DNA from: Tubulanus polymorphus
Taxonomy: Eukaryota; Animalia; Nemertea
Direction: 5' to 3'
Assembly (NCBI RefSeq): GCF_964204645.1
Contig: NC_134035.1
Location: 4,340,001 to 4,404,000 of the forward strand
Length of the DNA stretch: 64,000 nucleotides
Made by a program: the position numbers and the translations under genes. Below are positions 50,428 through 61,647 of this stretch, piece by piece. Within the stretch, counting starts at the first letter, position 1. Each line of letters opens with the position of its first letter. The notes under the pieces were generated by a model, which saw only the letters and a program-made list of their open reading frames with translations, did not search any database and had not been told where the DNA came from.

Positions 50428-51338
50428 CTCAATTGGCAGATTTTTTACTGCACCTATTTGTAGCAAAAGGTTTACAGGTCATAACTATTAAAGGTTACCG
50501 CTCCGCGATTTCTCATACATTGCGTGCTTCTGGATGGCCAAATGTAGCAGGGGATCATCGGATATCCCAGCTGGTTGCTGGGTTTTCTATTTCCCGGCCT
50601 CGGGTAACAAGGACAGTTCCACCATGGGATCTGTCTGTAATTTTGAAGAAGTTAATGGAGGCTCCATTTGAACCTCTTTCGGCAGCGTCTTTTGCAAATT
50701 TGTCAAAAAAGACTGTATATTTGCTGTTCTTGGCTTGCTCGGCCCGTCGCTCTGAGATTCATGCGCTTTCAGTCCGACAAGGTCACATTGTCTTTGGGCC
50801 AGCGAATGAATTTGTTTCGCTGCGGCCTGCTTTGGAATTTTTGGCAAAGAACCAACGACCAGGCTCGGTTGGGCGTCAATGGCGAATTGAAGCCCTAAAA
50901 CATCGAGTGGAACCGGGCATCCCGGACAGGACTTTATGTCCTGTGCGGGCGTTGTGTTTCTATTTAGATCGCTCTGCTTCACGGAGGGGTTCACGGGAGC
51001 GGTTATTTATTCCGCTGCTGGATCACCTAAAGGGTGATATTTCGCGGGACACAGTAGCCCGATGGGTCTCTTCAATGATCAAGGACATTTTATTGAAGGA
51101 GAATCTTTCCTCGGAGGGAGTCGTTTCTCATCAAGTGAGGTCTATGGCTACTTCCTGCGCAGCCTTTTCGGGTGCTCCGTTGGAGGAAGTCTGTCGGGCC
51201 GCCTTTTGGAATTCACCGTCGACATTCACGTCATTTTATTTACGGGATGTTTCAGGCCAGTTAGGCTCATTAGCTTCACTTGGTCCTGTTGTCATGGCTC
51301 AAGGTGTCCGTTCTTTCCGATCGGACCCTTTAGTGTAG
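48411..51338 (+). CDS. DIRS tyrosine recombinase ORF, overlapping pol
   Basis: ARRSEIHAL, LAKNQ, SHQVRS, FWNS, TSFYLRD give the R-K-HxxR-W-Y catalytic set. The true start is uncertain. Confidence 0.93.
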   Translation: MSAAGSNPLVRPLWRRLALPGRLSGLPSPFPKATAPDEVTSRHAAKTRSGGLNLSGSQGTGREGSDRTSLQRNFSRLVFSNIHGTKGHRGSTDSDRSVIPQSAPRHSKVPDDQAQGRDSRAPSGSMGGFIGPEGCLLSGSNSPKISAISQDKVERPPVPIQVSSIWPQYGPVGFHQVGQVSSEGTSVKGCSTVRLPRRLVNSREFGSGMSGGNDLSLGLSPSARVPRKQGKISVDAGPTVHLSRHGLRSPNRQSLSVYGSSGQTSRSCSGSVHNPENSSLLVTASRLHQLHGSGGALRPPQKQALATILEGLLVSVEGQLGGLDSRTSNRSKSGSSVVGGHYESSARGVTSPVRGSSSCIHGCQSPRLGGTSGEPSQSREMVSLRGHQPHKFPRNAGRVEGPEVLSQESGGPPRLVSHGQFNSEGLPSEPRGHSLRNPHRSVGQNSSLVPDKGRVPDCGTFSREKERDGRCSVSSRSGYCNRMGSPPRSSRSGSGHFWQSAAGSVCHPVQSEVSSVCVPVSRRGSVGGRCLLSGLVRDACVCVPAHTSPAAPTGSNREISQLQHSSGSTMLAGSEMVPTTSQPTVRQPQDSSEFPIASVSGDLSASSKQPVVKSARLAIVQRSLSASGFSEQAASFIAGSKRPSTSTIYDAKWSHFADWCAAGEIDPCSPSVAQLADFLLHLFVAKGLQVITIKGYRSAISHTLRASGWPNVAGDHRISQLVAGFSISRPRVTRTVPPWDLSVILKKLMEAPFEPLSAASFANLSKKTVYLLFLACSARRSEIHALSVRQGHIVFGPANEFVSLRPALEFLAKNQRPGSVGRQWRIEALKHRVEPGIPDRTLCPVRALCFYLDRSASRRGSRERLFIPLLDHLKGDISRDTVARWVSSMIKDILLKENLSSEGVVSHQVRSMATSCAAFSGAPLEEVCRAAFWNSPSTFTSFYLRDVSGQLGSLASLGPVVMAQGVRSFRSDPLV

Positions 51339-51596
51339 AATATTTATGTAGCATTATCAGGATCACAGGGGGTGTATCCTTGTACATAGTTTGGGCTCAT
51401 ATCTGCAAGTATTAATTTCGCAAAATTCTGGGGGGGGCTCCTGAGCTGGACGGACTCACTGTGGCCAACCGGTCTTCCCTGTGCTACAGTGCTCCTTCCG
51501 TGCTTGGGTAAGTGCTCTCTTTTTCCCTCTTACCTTGCGTTTGAGCGGTGGTTTTTCTATCTACCTTTCCCACCATCCTTGTGCTAGGCTAGTCTA

Positions 51597-51694
51597 GCAA
51601 AAACCATAGGAAAGGGTACAGTACTCGATGGAAATATTACAATTTTTGGAACTAAAATTTGTATTTCCGAGTAGTACTTACCCTTTCCTATGGT
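51597..51694. other. DIRS internal complementary region (ICR)
   Basis: First half is complementary to the left outer end (45737-45775); second half is complementary to the right outer end (51863-51921). Confidence 0.95.
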
Positions 51695-51974
51695 GGGAAT
51701 CCCGCCCACCTGCCCCGCATAGCTGTTTTTTTTTTTTTTTTTGCGTCTGCTATGACGAAAAAAGATGGCGGATTTCGCCGGTGGCTAAATGCAATACCGC
51801 AGGGCCGGGTCGTATAGAAAAACCATTGGCGATAAATCCAAATTTAGAAAATATTGGCAAAAACCATAGGAAAGGGTAAGTACTACTCGGAAATACAAAT
51901 TTTAGTTCCAAAAATTGTAATTTTTCGTGTGGTGAATATCGGTGATCACTTGATCAATCAACGCCGAAACGTGC

Positions 51975-52262
51975 GAGCGTTGTGTGGGCGAGTGGTTAGA
52001 GCGTTCGACTCCGGGAAACAAGGTTGTGGTTCGAATCCCGTACATTACCGCGTAGTGTCCTCGGGCAAAGATACTTATCCTTATTGCCTCTCTCCTACCA
52101 GGAGTAAATGGGTACCTGGCCTGATAGATGTCTCCTGAGCGCCTCCAGCAGCTGCTCGGATGTTGCTTCTCCCCAGGGAGAGATGACTGATACATTGAAT
52201 AGAGTTATAGGCTGGGGGTAATAATACCAAATTTGGAGCGCATTCGAACTCTGGTTTGGATA
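51975..52262 (+). mobile_element. tRNA-derived SINE (family C)
   Basis: TGGGCGAGTGG A-box, GGTTCGAATCC B-box; colinear with 31122-31402. Confidence 0.85.
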
Positions 52263-52801
52263 TACTTTATATCTTATCCGCATTTTCCTTCGACTCTTTT
52301 GCGGAATCATTTGTTTAGGTTTCACTCGTGTTTTAACCGATTAAATGATAGACTAATTCATTGACAACCAACAAACACAATGTTTTGTAGTTTCTTGATA
52401 CAAGGGTGAATCGGTCACATTCTATTATTATTTTAACTCAAACGACCATTAGAATGATGATCAAAGCGTCTCCGATTTCTATCAGTCACGAGTATATTAA
52501 TCAACGGTAGTTTTGTTCAAGGCGTTTCTTAATTGCTCGCTTAACGCTACTGATAGGGATTGTTCTTCATCCGCATGATCTTCAGAACTGACGGAAGTTT
52601 TTCCGGAATGATTTCGGAATTGGTAATCATAATCAGACCAAGCTGTAACCTCATCGTTCTTCGTGATATTGTCAATCCAAGGGACTCATAGCTATTACTG
52701 CCCGGCCCGGATATTGGGCTGAGTAACGGGTAGCATTTCAGGTCTACGTTGCTCCCCTCTAACCAACCAGAAGTTGTTGGAGATGCCAATACTGACGAGA
52801 A

Positions 52802-55800
52802 CTCTCCGCACCTCTCCCAGTGTCACCCCTCTCCCCACCTCTCTCAGTTTCACCCCTCTCCGCACCTCTCTCAGTGTCACCCCTCTCCGCACCTCTCCCA
52901 GTGTCACCCCTCTCCCCACCTCTCTCAGTTTCACCCCTCTCCGCACCTCTCCCAGTGTCACCCCTCTCCCCACCTCTCTCAGTTTCACCCCTCTCCGCAC
53001 CTCTCTCAGTGTCACCCCTCTCCCCACCTCTCTCAGTTTCACCCCTCTCCGCACCTCTCTCAGTGTCACCCCTCTCCGCACCTCTCTCAGTGTCACCCCT
53101 CTCCGCACCTCTCTCAGTTTCACCCCTCTCCGCACCTCTCTCAGCGTCACCCCTCTCCGCACCTCTCTCAGTGTCACCCCTCTCCGCACTTCTCTCAGTT
53201 TCACCCCTCCCCGCACCTCTCCCAGTTTCACCCCTCCCCGCACCTCTCCCAGTGTCACCCCTCTCAGTTTCACCCCTCTCCCCACCTCTCTCAGTTTCAC
53301 CCCTCTCCGCACCTCTCTCAGCGTCACCCCTCTCCGCACCTCTCTCAGTTTCACCCCTCTCCGCACCTCTCTCAGTTTCACCCCTCTCCGCACCTCTCCC
53401 AGTGTCACCCCTCTCCGCACCTCTCTCAGCGTCACCCCTCTCCGCACCTCTCTCAGCATCACCCCTCTCCGCACCTCTCTCAGTTTCACCCCTCTCCGCA
53501 CCTCTCCCAGTGTCACCCCTCTCCGCACCTCTCTCAGCGTCACCCCTCTCCGCACCTCTCTCAGTGTCACCCCTCTCCGCACCTCTCTCAGTTTCACCCC
53601 TCTCCGCACCTCTCTCAGCGTCACCCCTCTCCGCACCTCTCTCAGTGTCACCCCTCTCCGCACCTCTCTCAGTTTCACCCCTCTCCGCACCTCTCTCAGT
53701 TTCACCCCTCTCCGCACCTCTCCCAGTGTCACCCCTCTCCGCACCTCTCTCAGTGTCACCCCTCTCCGCACCTCTCTCAGTTTCACCCCTCTCCGCACCT
53801 CTCTCAGTGTCACCCCTCTCCCCACCTCTCTCAGTTTCACCCCTCTCCGCACCTCTCTCAGTGTCACCTCTCTCCGCACCTCTCTCAGTGTCACCCCTCT
53901 CCGCACCTCTCTCAGTTTCACCCCTCTCCGCACCTCTCTCAGTTTCACCCCTCTCCGCACCTCTCCCAGTGTCACCCCTCTCCGCACCTCTCTCAGTGTC
54001 ACCCCTCTCCGCACCTCTCTCAGCGTCACCCCTCTCCGCACCTCTCTCAGTTTCACCCCTCTCCGCACCTCTCTCAGTGTCACCCCTCTCCGCACCTCTC
54101 TCAGTGTCACCCCTCCCCGCACCTCTCTCAGTGTCACCCCTCTCCGCACTTCTCCCAGTGTCACCCCTCTCCCCACCTCTCTCAGTTTCACCCCTCTCCG
54201 CACCTCTCTCAGCGTCACCCCTCTCCGCACCTCTCTCAGCGTCACCCCTCTCCGCACCTCTCTCAGTGTCACCCCTCTCCGCACCTCTCTCAGTTTCACC
54301 CCTCTCCGCACCTCTCTCAGTGTCACCCCTCCCCGCACCTCTCTCAGTTTCACCCCTCTCCGCACCTCTCCCAGTGTCACCCCTCTCCGCACCTCTCTCA
54401 GTGTCACCCCTCTCCGCACCTCTCTCAGCGTCACCCCTCTCCGCACCTCTCTCAGTTTCACCCCTCTCCGCACCTCTCTCAGTGTCACCCCTCTCCGCAC
54501 CTCTCTCAGTGTCACCCCTCCCCGCACCTCTCTCAGTGTCACCCCTCTCCGCACTTCTCCCAGTGTCATCCCTCTCCCCACCTCTCTCAGTGTCACCCCT
54601 CTCCGCACTTCTCTCAGTGTCACCTCTCTCCGCACCTCTCTCAGTGTCACCCCTCTCCGCACCTCTCTCAGTTTCACCCCTCTCCGCACCTCTCTCAGTG
54701 TCACCTCTCTCCGCACCTCTCTCAGTGTCACCCCTCTCCGCACCTCTCTCAGTTTCACCCCTCTCCGCACCTCTCTCAGTTTCACCCCTCTCCGCACCTC
54801 TCCCAGTGTCACCCCTCTCCGCACCTCTCTCAGTGTCACCCCTCTCCGCACCTCTCTCAGCGTCACCCCTCTCCGCACCTCTCTCAGTTTCACCCCTCTC
54901 CGCACCTCTCTCAGTGTCACCCCTCTCCGCACCTCTCTCAGTGTCACCCCTCCCCGCACCTCTCTCAGTGTCACCCCTCTCCGCACTTCTCCCAGTGTCA
55001 CCCCTCTCCCCACCTCTCTCAGTTTCACCCCTCTCCGCACCTCTCTCAGCGTCACCCCTCTCCGCACCTCTCTCAGCGTCACCCCTCTCCGCACCTCTCT
55101 CAGTGTCACCCCTCTCCGCACTTCTCTCAGTTTCACCCCTCCCCGCACCTCTCCCAGTTTCACCCCTCCCCGCACCTCTCTCAGTGTCACCCCTCTCCGC
55201 ACCTCTCCCAGTTTCACCCCTCCCCGCACCTCTCCCAGTGTCACCCCTCTCCGCACCTCTCTCAGTTTCACCCCTCTCCGCACCTCTCCCAGTGTCACCC
55301 CTCTCCACACCTCTCCGCACCTCTCTCAGTTTCACCCCTCTCCGCACCTCTCCCAGTGTCACCCCTCTCCGCACCTCTCTCAGTGTCACCCCTCTCCGCA
55401 CCTCTCTCAGCGTCACCCCTCTCCGCACCTCTCTCAGTTTCACCCCTCTCCGCACCTCTCTCAGTGTCACCCCTCTCCGCACTTCTCTCAGTTTCACCCC
55501 TCCCCGCACCTCTCCCAGTTTCACCCCTCCCCGCACCTCTCCCAGTGTCACCCCTCTCAGTTTCACCCCTCCCCGCACCTCTCCCAGTTTCACCCCTCCC
55601 CGCACCTCTCCCAGTGTCACCCCTCTCCGCACCTCTCTCAGCGTCACCCCTCCGCACCTCTCTCAGCGTCATCCCTCTCCGCACTTCTCTCAGTTTCACC
55701 CCTCCCCGCACCTCTCCCAGTGTCACCCCTCTCCGCACCTCTCCCAGTTTCACCCCTCCCCGCACCTCTCCCAGTGTCACCCCTCTCCGCACCTCTCAGT

Positions 55801-55880
55801 GTCACACCTCTCAGCACCTCTCTCTCTCATCCCTCTCCGCACTTCTCTCAGTTTCACCCCTCCCCGCACCTCTACGCACC
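52802..55880 (+). repeat. 27-bp pyrimidine-rich minisatellite, ~3.1 kb (about 114 units)
   Basis: Unit cacccctctccgcacctctctcagt(g/t)t; it accounts for the long low-complexity ORFs. Confidence 0.98.
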
Positions 55881-56064
55881 TGGTAGATTTTGATAAAAGA
55901 CCTGGCCACTAACAGAGATGTCACTTCCATCCCTCTTCCCAACCAGGAGATGTACAGTTGAAATTTTCTTACTTAGACAATAGGATCATTCAATATAATA
56001 TCAATTGGTGATCTAATGGGGTACCACTACACTCGGTTATACATAGTGAAAATGTGTTTATTTT

Positions 56065-56065
56065 G

Positions 56066-56106
<41 letters not shown>

Positions 56107-56130
56107 TATTATTATTATCATTATTATCGT
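56065..56130 (+). repeat. (AAT)n/(ATT)n microsatellite
   Basis: Direct reading; similar tracts at 8840-8890 and 29605-29675. Confidence 0.9.
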
Positions 56131-56809
56131 TAATTTATTGCGCTGATTTTGTATGATATATGATGAAAATGAAATTATTGTTATTATTGTTAACTTTGAA
56201 CTGGACCTATTGGCTCCGATAATGGAAATGTTGTCTAACGAGTCGTCACATAGATATAAGATTAACATTCCCAATGAGTGTATGGTATAGTTTTACTGGA
56301 AATTGGTTCACTAATGAGAAACGTTGATTGAGATTAAATTGAAAAAACGAAGAAAATGAAGCGAGTAACCACTGGCGAACCTGGTGGATCCTCGCCTGCC
56401 ATACATGCAATCCACAATTGCCACTGTAGCGGTGCCGGTACCCTATAGGGGAAGCGAAGTAGATATATGAACTTAACAATGTCGTTAACGTGAGAATAGT
56501 TCCAACATTTTCATCCAGTTCGCTTTTCACGCATCGTTCGTCATTGAATATTTAATCGGGAAAGATCCAATTTGTTCGGTCTGTAATGGCCCTACGCGGG
56601 CAATGTTTACCAATGTTTTCCACCGTGGTGGGATTATACTTGATTTATGTATACATGTTAATCGCATTCATCGCTTTCAGAGAATTTTTGCTGCTGCTGA
56701 TATATAGCAGGGGGGTGTAACTGAATGTGTCTGTGACTTGATGGGGACAAAAAAACAATATTTGTGCCGGACGCTGCCTTGTTATTGACCCCTTCCTCAG
56801 TTACATACC

Positions 56810-57530
56810 TAGCAGGGATGATGGTAACATGAGACTGCCAAGTTCCTCCCTCGCAGGGATTTGAACCTGATGGCACCATGAGACTGCCGTGTTCCCCCCT
56901 CGCAGGAATTAGAATCTGCTGGCATTGTGAGACTCTGCCATTAAGATTTGAACCTGTTGGCATCTTAAGACTCACTCATTGGGATTTGAACCTGACGCCA
57001 CCATGAGACTGCCACGTTCCTCCCTTGCTGGATTTGAACCTGATGGCATTGTGAGACTGCCATGTTCCTCCCTCACAGGGATTTGATCCTGATGGCATCA
57101 TGAGACTGCCATGTTCCTCCCTCACAGGGACCTGAACCTGATGGCATCTCGAGACTGCCATGTTCCTCCCTAACAGGGATGATGGTATCATGAGACTGCC
57201 ATGTTCCTCCCTCGCAGGAATTAGAATCTGCTGGCATTGTGAGACTCTGCCATGTTTCTTATCGAATTTGAACCTGTTGGCATCTTAAGACTCTGCCACA
57301 TTCCTCACTCATTGGGATTTGAACCTGATGGCACCATGAGACTGCCGCGTTCCTCCCTTGCTGGATATGAACCTTATGGCATTGTGAGATTGCCAGGTTC
57401 CTCCCGCACAGGGATTTGAACCTGTTTGCATTGTGAGATTGCCATGTTCCTCCCTCGTAGGGATTGGAACCAGTTGGCATGGGGAAACTTCAGTGCAGTA
57501 AAAAACCCACGCCAATCCACCTCGCACTAT
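56810..57530 (-). repeat. ~50-bp tandem array derived from the SINE family B head (B-box array)
   Basis: Unit ggcagtctcatggtgccatcaggttcaaatccctgcgagggaggaac; shares ccatcaggttcaaatccctgc with 29145-29165. Confidence 0.85.
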
Positions 57531-57637
57531 GTCAGGACAGGAAACGGAATTCCTGTTTTAGTTGATACAGCATTTCTCAATTTACCGAAGCTACTTAAAC
57601 TCTCACGTGAATGATGTGACAAATTAGTCGTCACCGA

Positions 57638-57638
<1 letters not shown>

Positions 57639-57676
<38 letters not shown>
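57639..57676 (+). repeat. (GCT)n trinucleotide repeat
   Basis: About 12 copies. Confidence 0.95.
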
Positions 57677-59269
57677 GGTGAATACCGTGAATACCGGGGT
57701 GTCTGTGTAACTACTGCGCAACTACTCGCCAGTCACAGCTCAAAGTGTCAATATAATACGTCTCATTGAAGGCTGTGTAAACAGTGTTTATATTTTATTT
57801 ATCGGCTGAGAAGGGAAGCAGCCGATGGTGTACAGAGAATCGGTATGCGCGGCACGCTGCCGTCTCAGGGGCAGACGTCGTCGCAGATTCGCTGCGAAAA
57901 ATGACCATTGAATGCTCGAAGGAAAGTTGCATCAATAAACTCAAATTTGGGAATTTCGCTTTCATTATATTTTTCACAGATTTGTGCGTACATATCAGCA
58001 ACTTGTATCTTTGAAGGTATTCAGCTGGGTTCTTATCGCAAAGACGTCATCCGGGCCTCATCATCCACTGCGGTTAGAATTAGTTCCCTGCTGTTCTGCG
58101 GAGCGAAACGAGACTTTTGACTTCATCATCTGTCCGTTAATGTGTTTCTTGTGTAGGGGATATTGCCGAAACAAGTGGATGGAATCTTTCGAAATTTCAC
58201 GACATGTTGTTGGATCGTGTAGTAAAGAACCTTATCGATTTTGGGGGTTCTACCTTTCAAGATGGCTGACTGGTGGCAATCTTTGTTCTTTAAAATAGCT
58301 ATTTCGGCCAGCGTTCTCGTCTGTAAGATACGGACTAAACTAGTTGATGGAATCTTTTAATATTCTCTATTGTCGGATCATGTAGGGAAGAACGTTATTG
58401 ATGAATTGCGGCTCCACCTTTAAAGATGGCTGACTGGTAGCCGTCTTTTTGTCGAATCACGTAGACATAACTGTCAAACTGTCAGACCTCTCTGAACTCG
58501 TACAACTCATTTTTTTAATTCCTAATTGTCTCCAACGTTTACCATACGAATCTTTCGATGCATTATTCCGAGACTTTCAAGAAATGAATAATGTATTTCC
58601 TAATAATGCGTATTTGCATATCATAGTATTGACAACATTTTAGAATATCAAGATTTAAAAGCTTTCAAATAAGTGGCATCGGATTATATTTTTTTAGTTT
58701 ACCATGGAGATTTTTTTGGAATACCAGTTCCGCGACGGTGGATTCATAATTCATACGAAGATATACGTCTCGGATTTACACTTTACTTGAAGGGTCGAGT
58801 TACCATGAACGAAATAATGATTTTCGTAAGCGATAGAAAAGCAAAATGAAACGAGTGGCGGAAAAATGTGTCGGATAAATGTCTTAAAACGTTTGACATT
58901 TTCGTTGTGAGGCGACAAGTTCGCCGAGTGCGCACGTAGTTCAGCGTACTTGTCATCAAATTAAGTATCATTAGTCACAATCACACGAGCATTTTTGTCC
59001 CCCCCCCTCCCCCCCGGAACAACTGTTCACACGGGCGCCAAATGATTGCGTTTGAATTGCTAGTGAGCATGGCAGGCTCATTTATAACTTGATACTTTCT
59101 TGATATGAAACTTCGAATAGATTCGGTCATCTCTCAACCCAGGGTGTTCAATAAACGCTGCGAACAAATGACGATCGAATTACGTTGAATGCGAGTGGAA
59201 AGAGTTTAATGGGTATGGCGCGAATGCAATAAGTTGAAAGCTTCCTTCATAATTAATGGAATGGAATCA

Positions 59270-59392
59270 TTGAAAAAGATGCAGTAGTTCATTTTGAGCA
59301 GAGTAACTATTAGCACGTATTGTTGCATGATCACCCAATGTTTGTCGAGACAAGATTCGAAACTGTTTATCCTGCTTGCAGATATGAGCATT
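59270..59392 (-). mobile_element. CR1-like LINE 3' fragment
   Basis: Translation ISASRINSFESCLDKHW resembles the ..A.S.NSFK.RLDKHW end of CR1-type ORF2. Confidence 0.5.
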
Positions 59393-60720
59393 TGTCCTGG
59401 AACAACTGTTGACACAGGTGCCAAATTGGCCTGGGCCGAATCTGGTCTGACCATAAATGTCGGACCAGGGCCGAGCCAAAATATCAGCGCTGGGCAAATC
59501 ATTACAACTTTTTCGGGAAGTTACCCATTTGGCTTTTAAGCATTGTTCAGTATCGAGTGGGTGGTTTTAGTGTGAATGCGCTCTAATAAGACAAGGGCCA
59601 AATTTGACTCTGGGGCCCAATCCGGGCCAAATCGTCTCCGTGCGGTCGCGGCTTTAGAATGTTCCATATATTAACCACGCTTTGGCTGAAGTAGTTATTC
59701 CTCAAATATCTTTTCAACCTAGACTAGAAAGTTTCGGCCTTCGGTATCTTTGCTGTCTTTTGGTGGAACTAGCGTAGATTGGTCATTTGGTCGAAGGCAA
59801 ATGTCGTCGACGCCAACTGTTAGCCATAGCGTATAACGTAACAGATAATAAGACCAGATGAATGTCGCCTTGTTTATTACGCGCGTCTTAAGTCGAATTC
59901 ATCACGAGCCTATGCTTAACGCCGAGTTACTTAACGCACGTAAATTTCTACGCACCCTCCCAACCTCTCTCCCTTGTCGCTTTGGACAATTTTTTCATTC
60001 GTAGTTCAAACGAGTTTTTACCCCGCTGACGTTGTCTTCCATCGGCGAATTAATTAGCGATATATAAGAGGTTTCTCTTGCAGCGGGCAAACATCAAATG
60101 ATCGTTCACGCGCTGTTTCCTGTGATCCATCCAGCTATTTTTGACTCATCGGTTATACGCGGTAATTGCTATATTTTTCACTACCGGAACTGGTTGAGGA
60201 ACTGGTTGAAGTCCACGGCTGTATTTCCGAATTATATCAGTGACGGATGTGTTTCGTTGAGCGTTGACGACCTTTCAGTTTTAAGTTTCATTCAATATCT
60301 TCTTCGGTTTGGATAGTGTCCATGCCCGGGAACTGGACAAGTTGGCCAAAATTATTACGGTAATCAATTTTCAATAGCTGCAATCCTACAAGCGTTTTTG
60401 GCCCATGCCATATTTGGCGTGGAACAATTGTTCACGCGGGTACCAAAAGGGCCTGTGCCTGTTTTGGTCGGGCAAATTTTGGCCTGGCCAAAAACGTCGC
60501 ACCAGGCCCGAGCCAAATTTTAGCACGGGGCAAGTGATTGCGTTTGAATTGCAACTGTTCCGGAAATTACTTACTTCGCTATGTTTAAGCATTGTTTATT
60601 GTTTAATATTGAGAGTGAATTATGCGTGAACGCACTCTCTAATTAGGCCTGGGCCAAACTTGGTTCGCGCCTGATCTATGCCAATATGGCCCGGGCCAAA
60701 TCGTCTCCATGTGATCATAG
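59392..60720. mobile_element. Fragments of a dispersed (gccaaatttggcc)-rich non-autonomous element
   Basis: Shared motifs ggaacaactgttcac, gggccaaatcgtctcc, gattgcgtttgaattgc; also at about 20510-20910, 28740-28870, 32140-32290, 32800-33120 and 59015-59065. Confidence 0.6.
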
Positions 60721-61431
60721 CTTATGAGATTTTGACTCATAGCGATGTAGCAACTGAGTTAACTCAGTGGCCAATCAATAAAGACAGTACTTTGTCGGTT
60801 AACTAAATTTTATTAAAAGTACCAGCTAAATTATACGGATGAAGCTTATCTATATGCACTAATAGCGAAAGCTCGTACTTTTGATAACATCGGGTTAACC
60901 TTCGAAGTAAGTACCATTTGTCTTTTAGGAGTCAAATCTGGCCACTGGCAAAGTTTAAGGCTAGTCTACGCTATAAATACGTGTATGTATTTATCATATG
61001 ACGGGAAAGTGAGTTTGGTACTGCTGCTATTTAATATACAACTCATGCCGATGTAGTTATCAGTTTTAATTAAATTTGATAGAGAGTGACAGATGTATTC
61101 GAACCTTTCAATCATTCAGTCATTCAGTATAACGGAGTTAGCTTTTGTGACTGCATGTGCACGTGCATATAGAATTTTGTTCTTTACAATACTAATATGG
61201 GGAGAGGGAGGACAGAGGGGGCAAGGGCGAGGTTGAATTCGCAATTGTCATCATCATTTCGTCGGTATAATGATTGCTTCAAGTACAGATTGTGGGTTTT
61301 AAAGCCCGCTGTATGAAATCTAATCAAGATTAAAAAACGAAATATGTTCATCAAGAATCAAAAACAATATTGTGTTTTAATCCTTGTTCTTAACCTGATA
61401 AATTTTGTTTTAAATTGTATATAGCGGGTTT

Positions 61432-61647
61432 GGTTGTAGGTAGAAATCCTACGGGTGAAAAAGTCCCCTATAGGTAAAAATCCCCAAAATCTTCAAAGTA
61501 GGTAAAAATCCTTACTTGGCGATTTTTCGAGGACATTTTCAAAGCAAGTTATTTCTCCATTCTATTCATGCGCAATAAAAGCGTTAATTTTTACCTATAC
61601 TTAGTGGAATTGGGGATTTTTACTGAGGGAATTTTTTACCGCTAACC
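61432..61647. mobile_element. Small MULE-like MITE
   Basis: Inverted arms with ggtaaaaatccc / gggatttttac repeats, ends ggtt / aacc. Confidence 0.5.

Larger units (their letters stand above)
45737..51925 (+). mobile_element. DIRS1-type tyrosine-recombinase retrotransposon, full length (~6.2 kb)
   Basis: ITR cores 45754-45875 and 51757-51878 are exact reverse complements (122 bp); ICR at 51597-51694; gag, RT/RNaseH/MT and YR ORFs; no long TSD. Confidence 0.97.

Noticed and set aside
51975-52050. tRNA gene (also 28356 and 31122)
   Set aside because: A/B boxes are present but there is no convincing cloverleaf and each continues into a SINE body.
52560-52800. LINE RT relic (SPTTSGWLEGS similar to PVTSGVPQGS)
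   Set aside because: Similarity too short and degenerate to support.
52695-55912. Five ORFs of 870-1045 aa
   Set aside because: Products of a stop-free 27-bp minisatellite; no unique domain or gene context.
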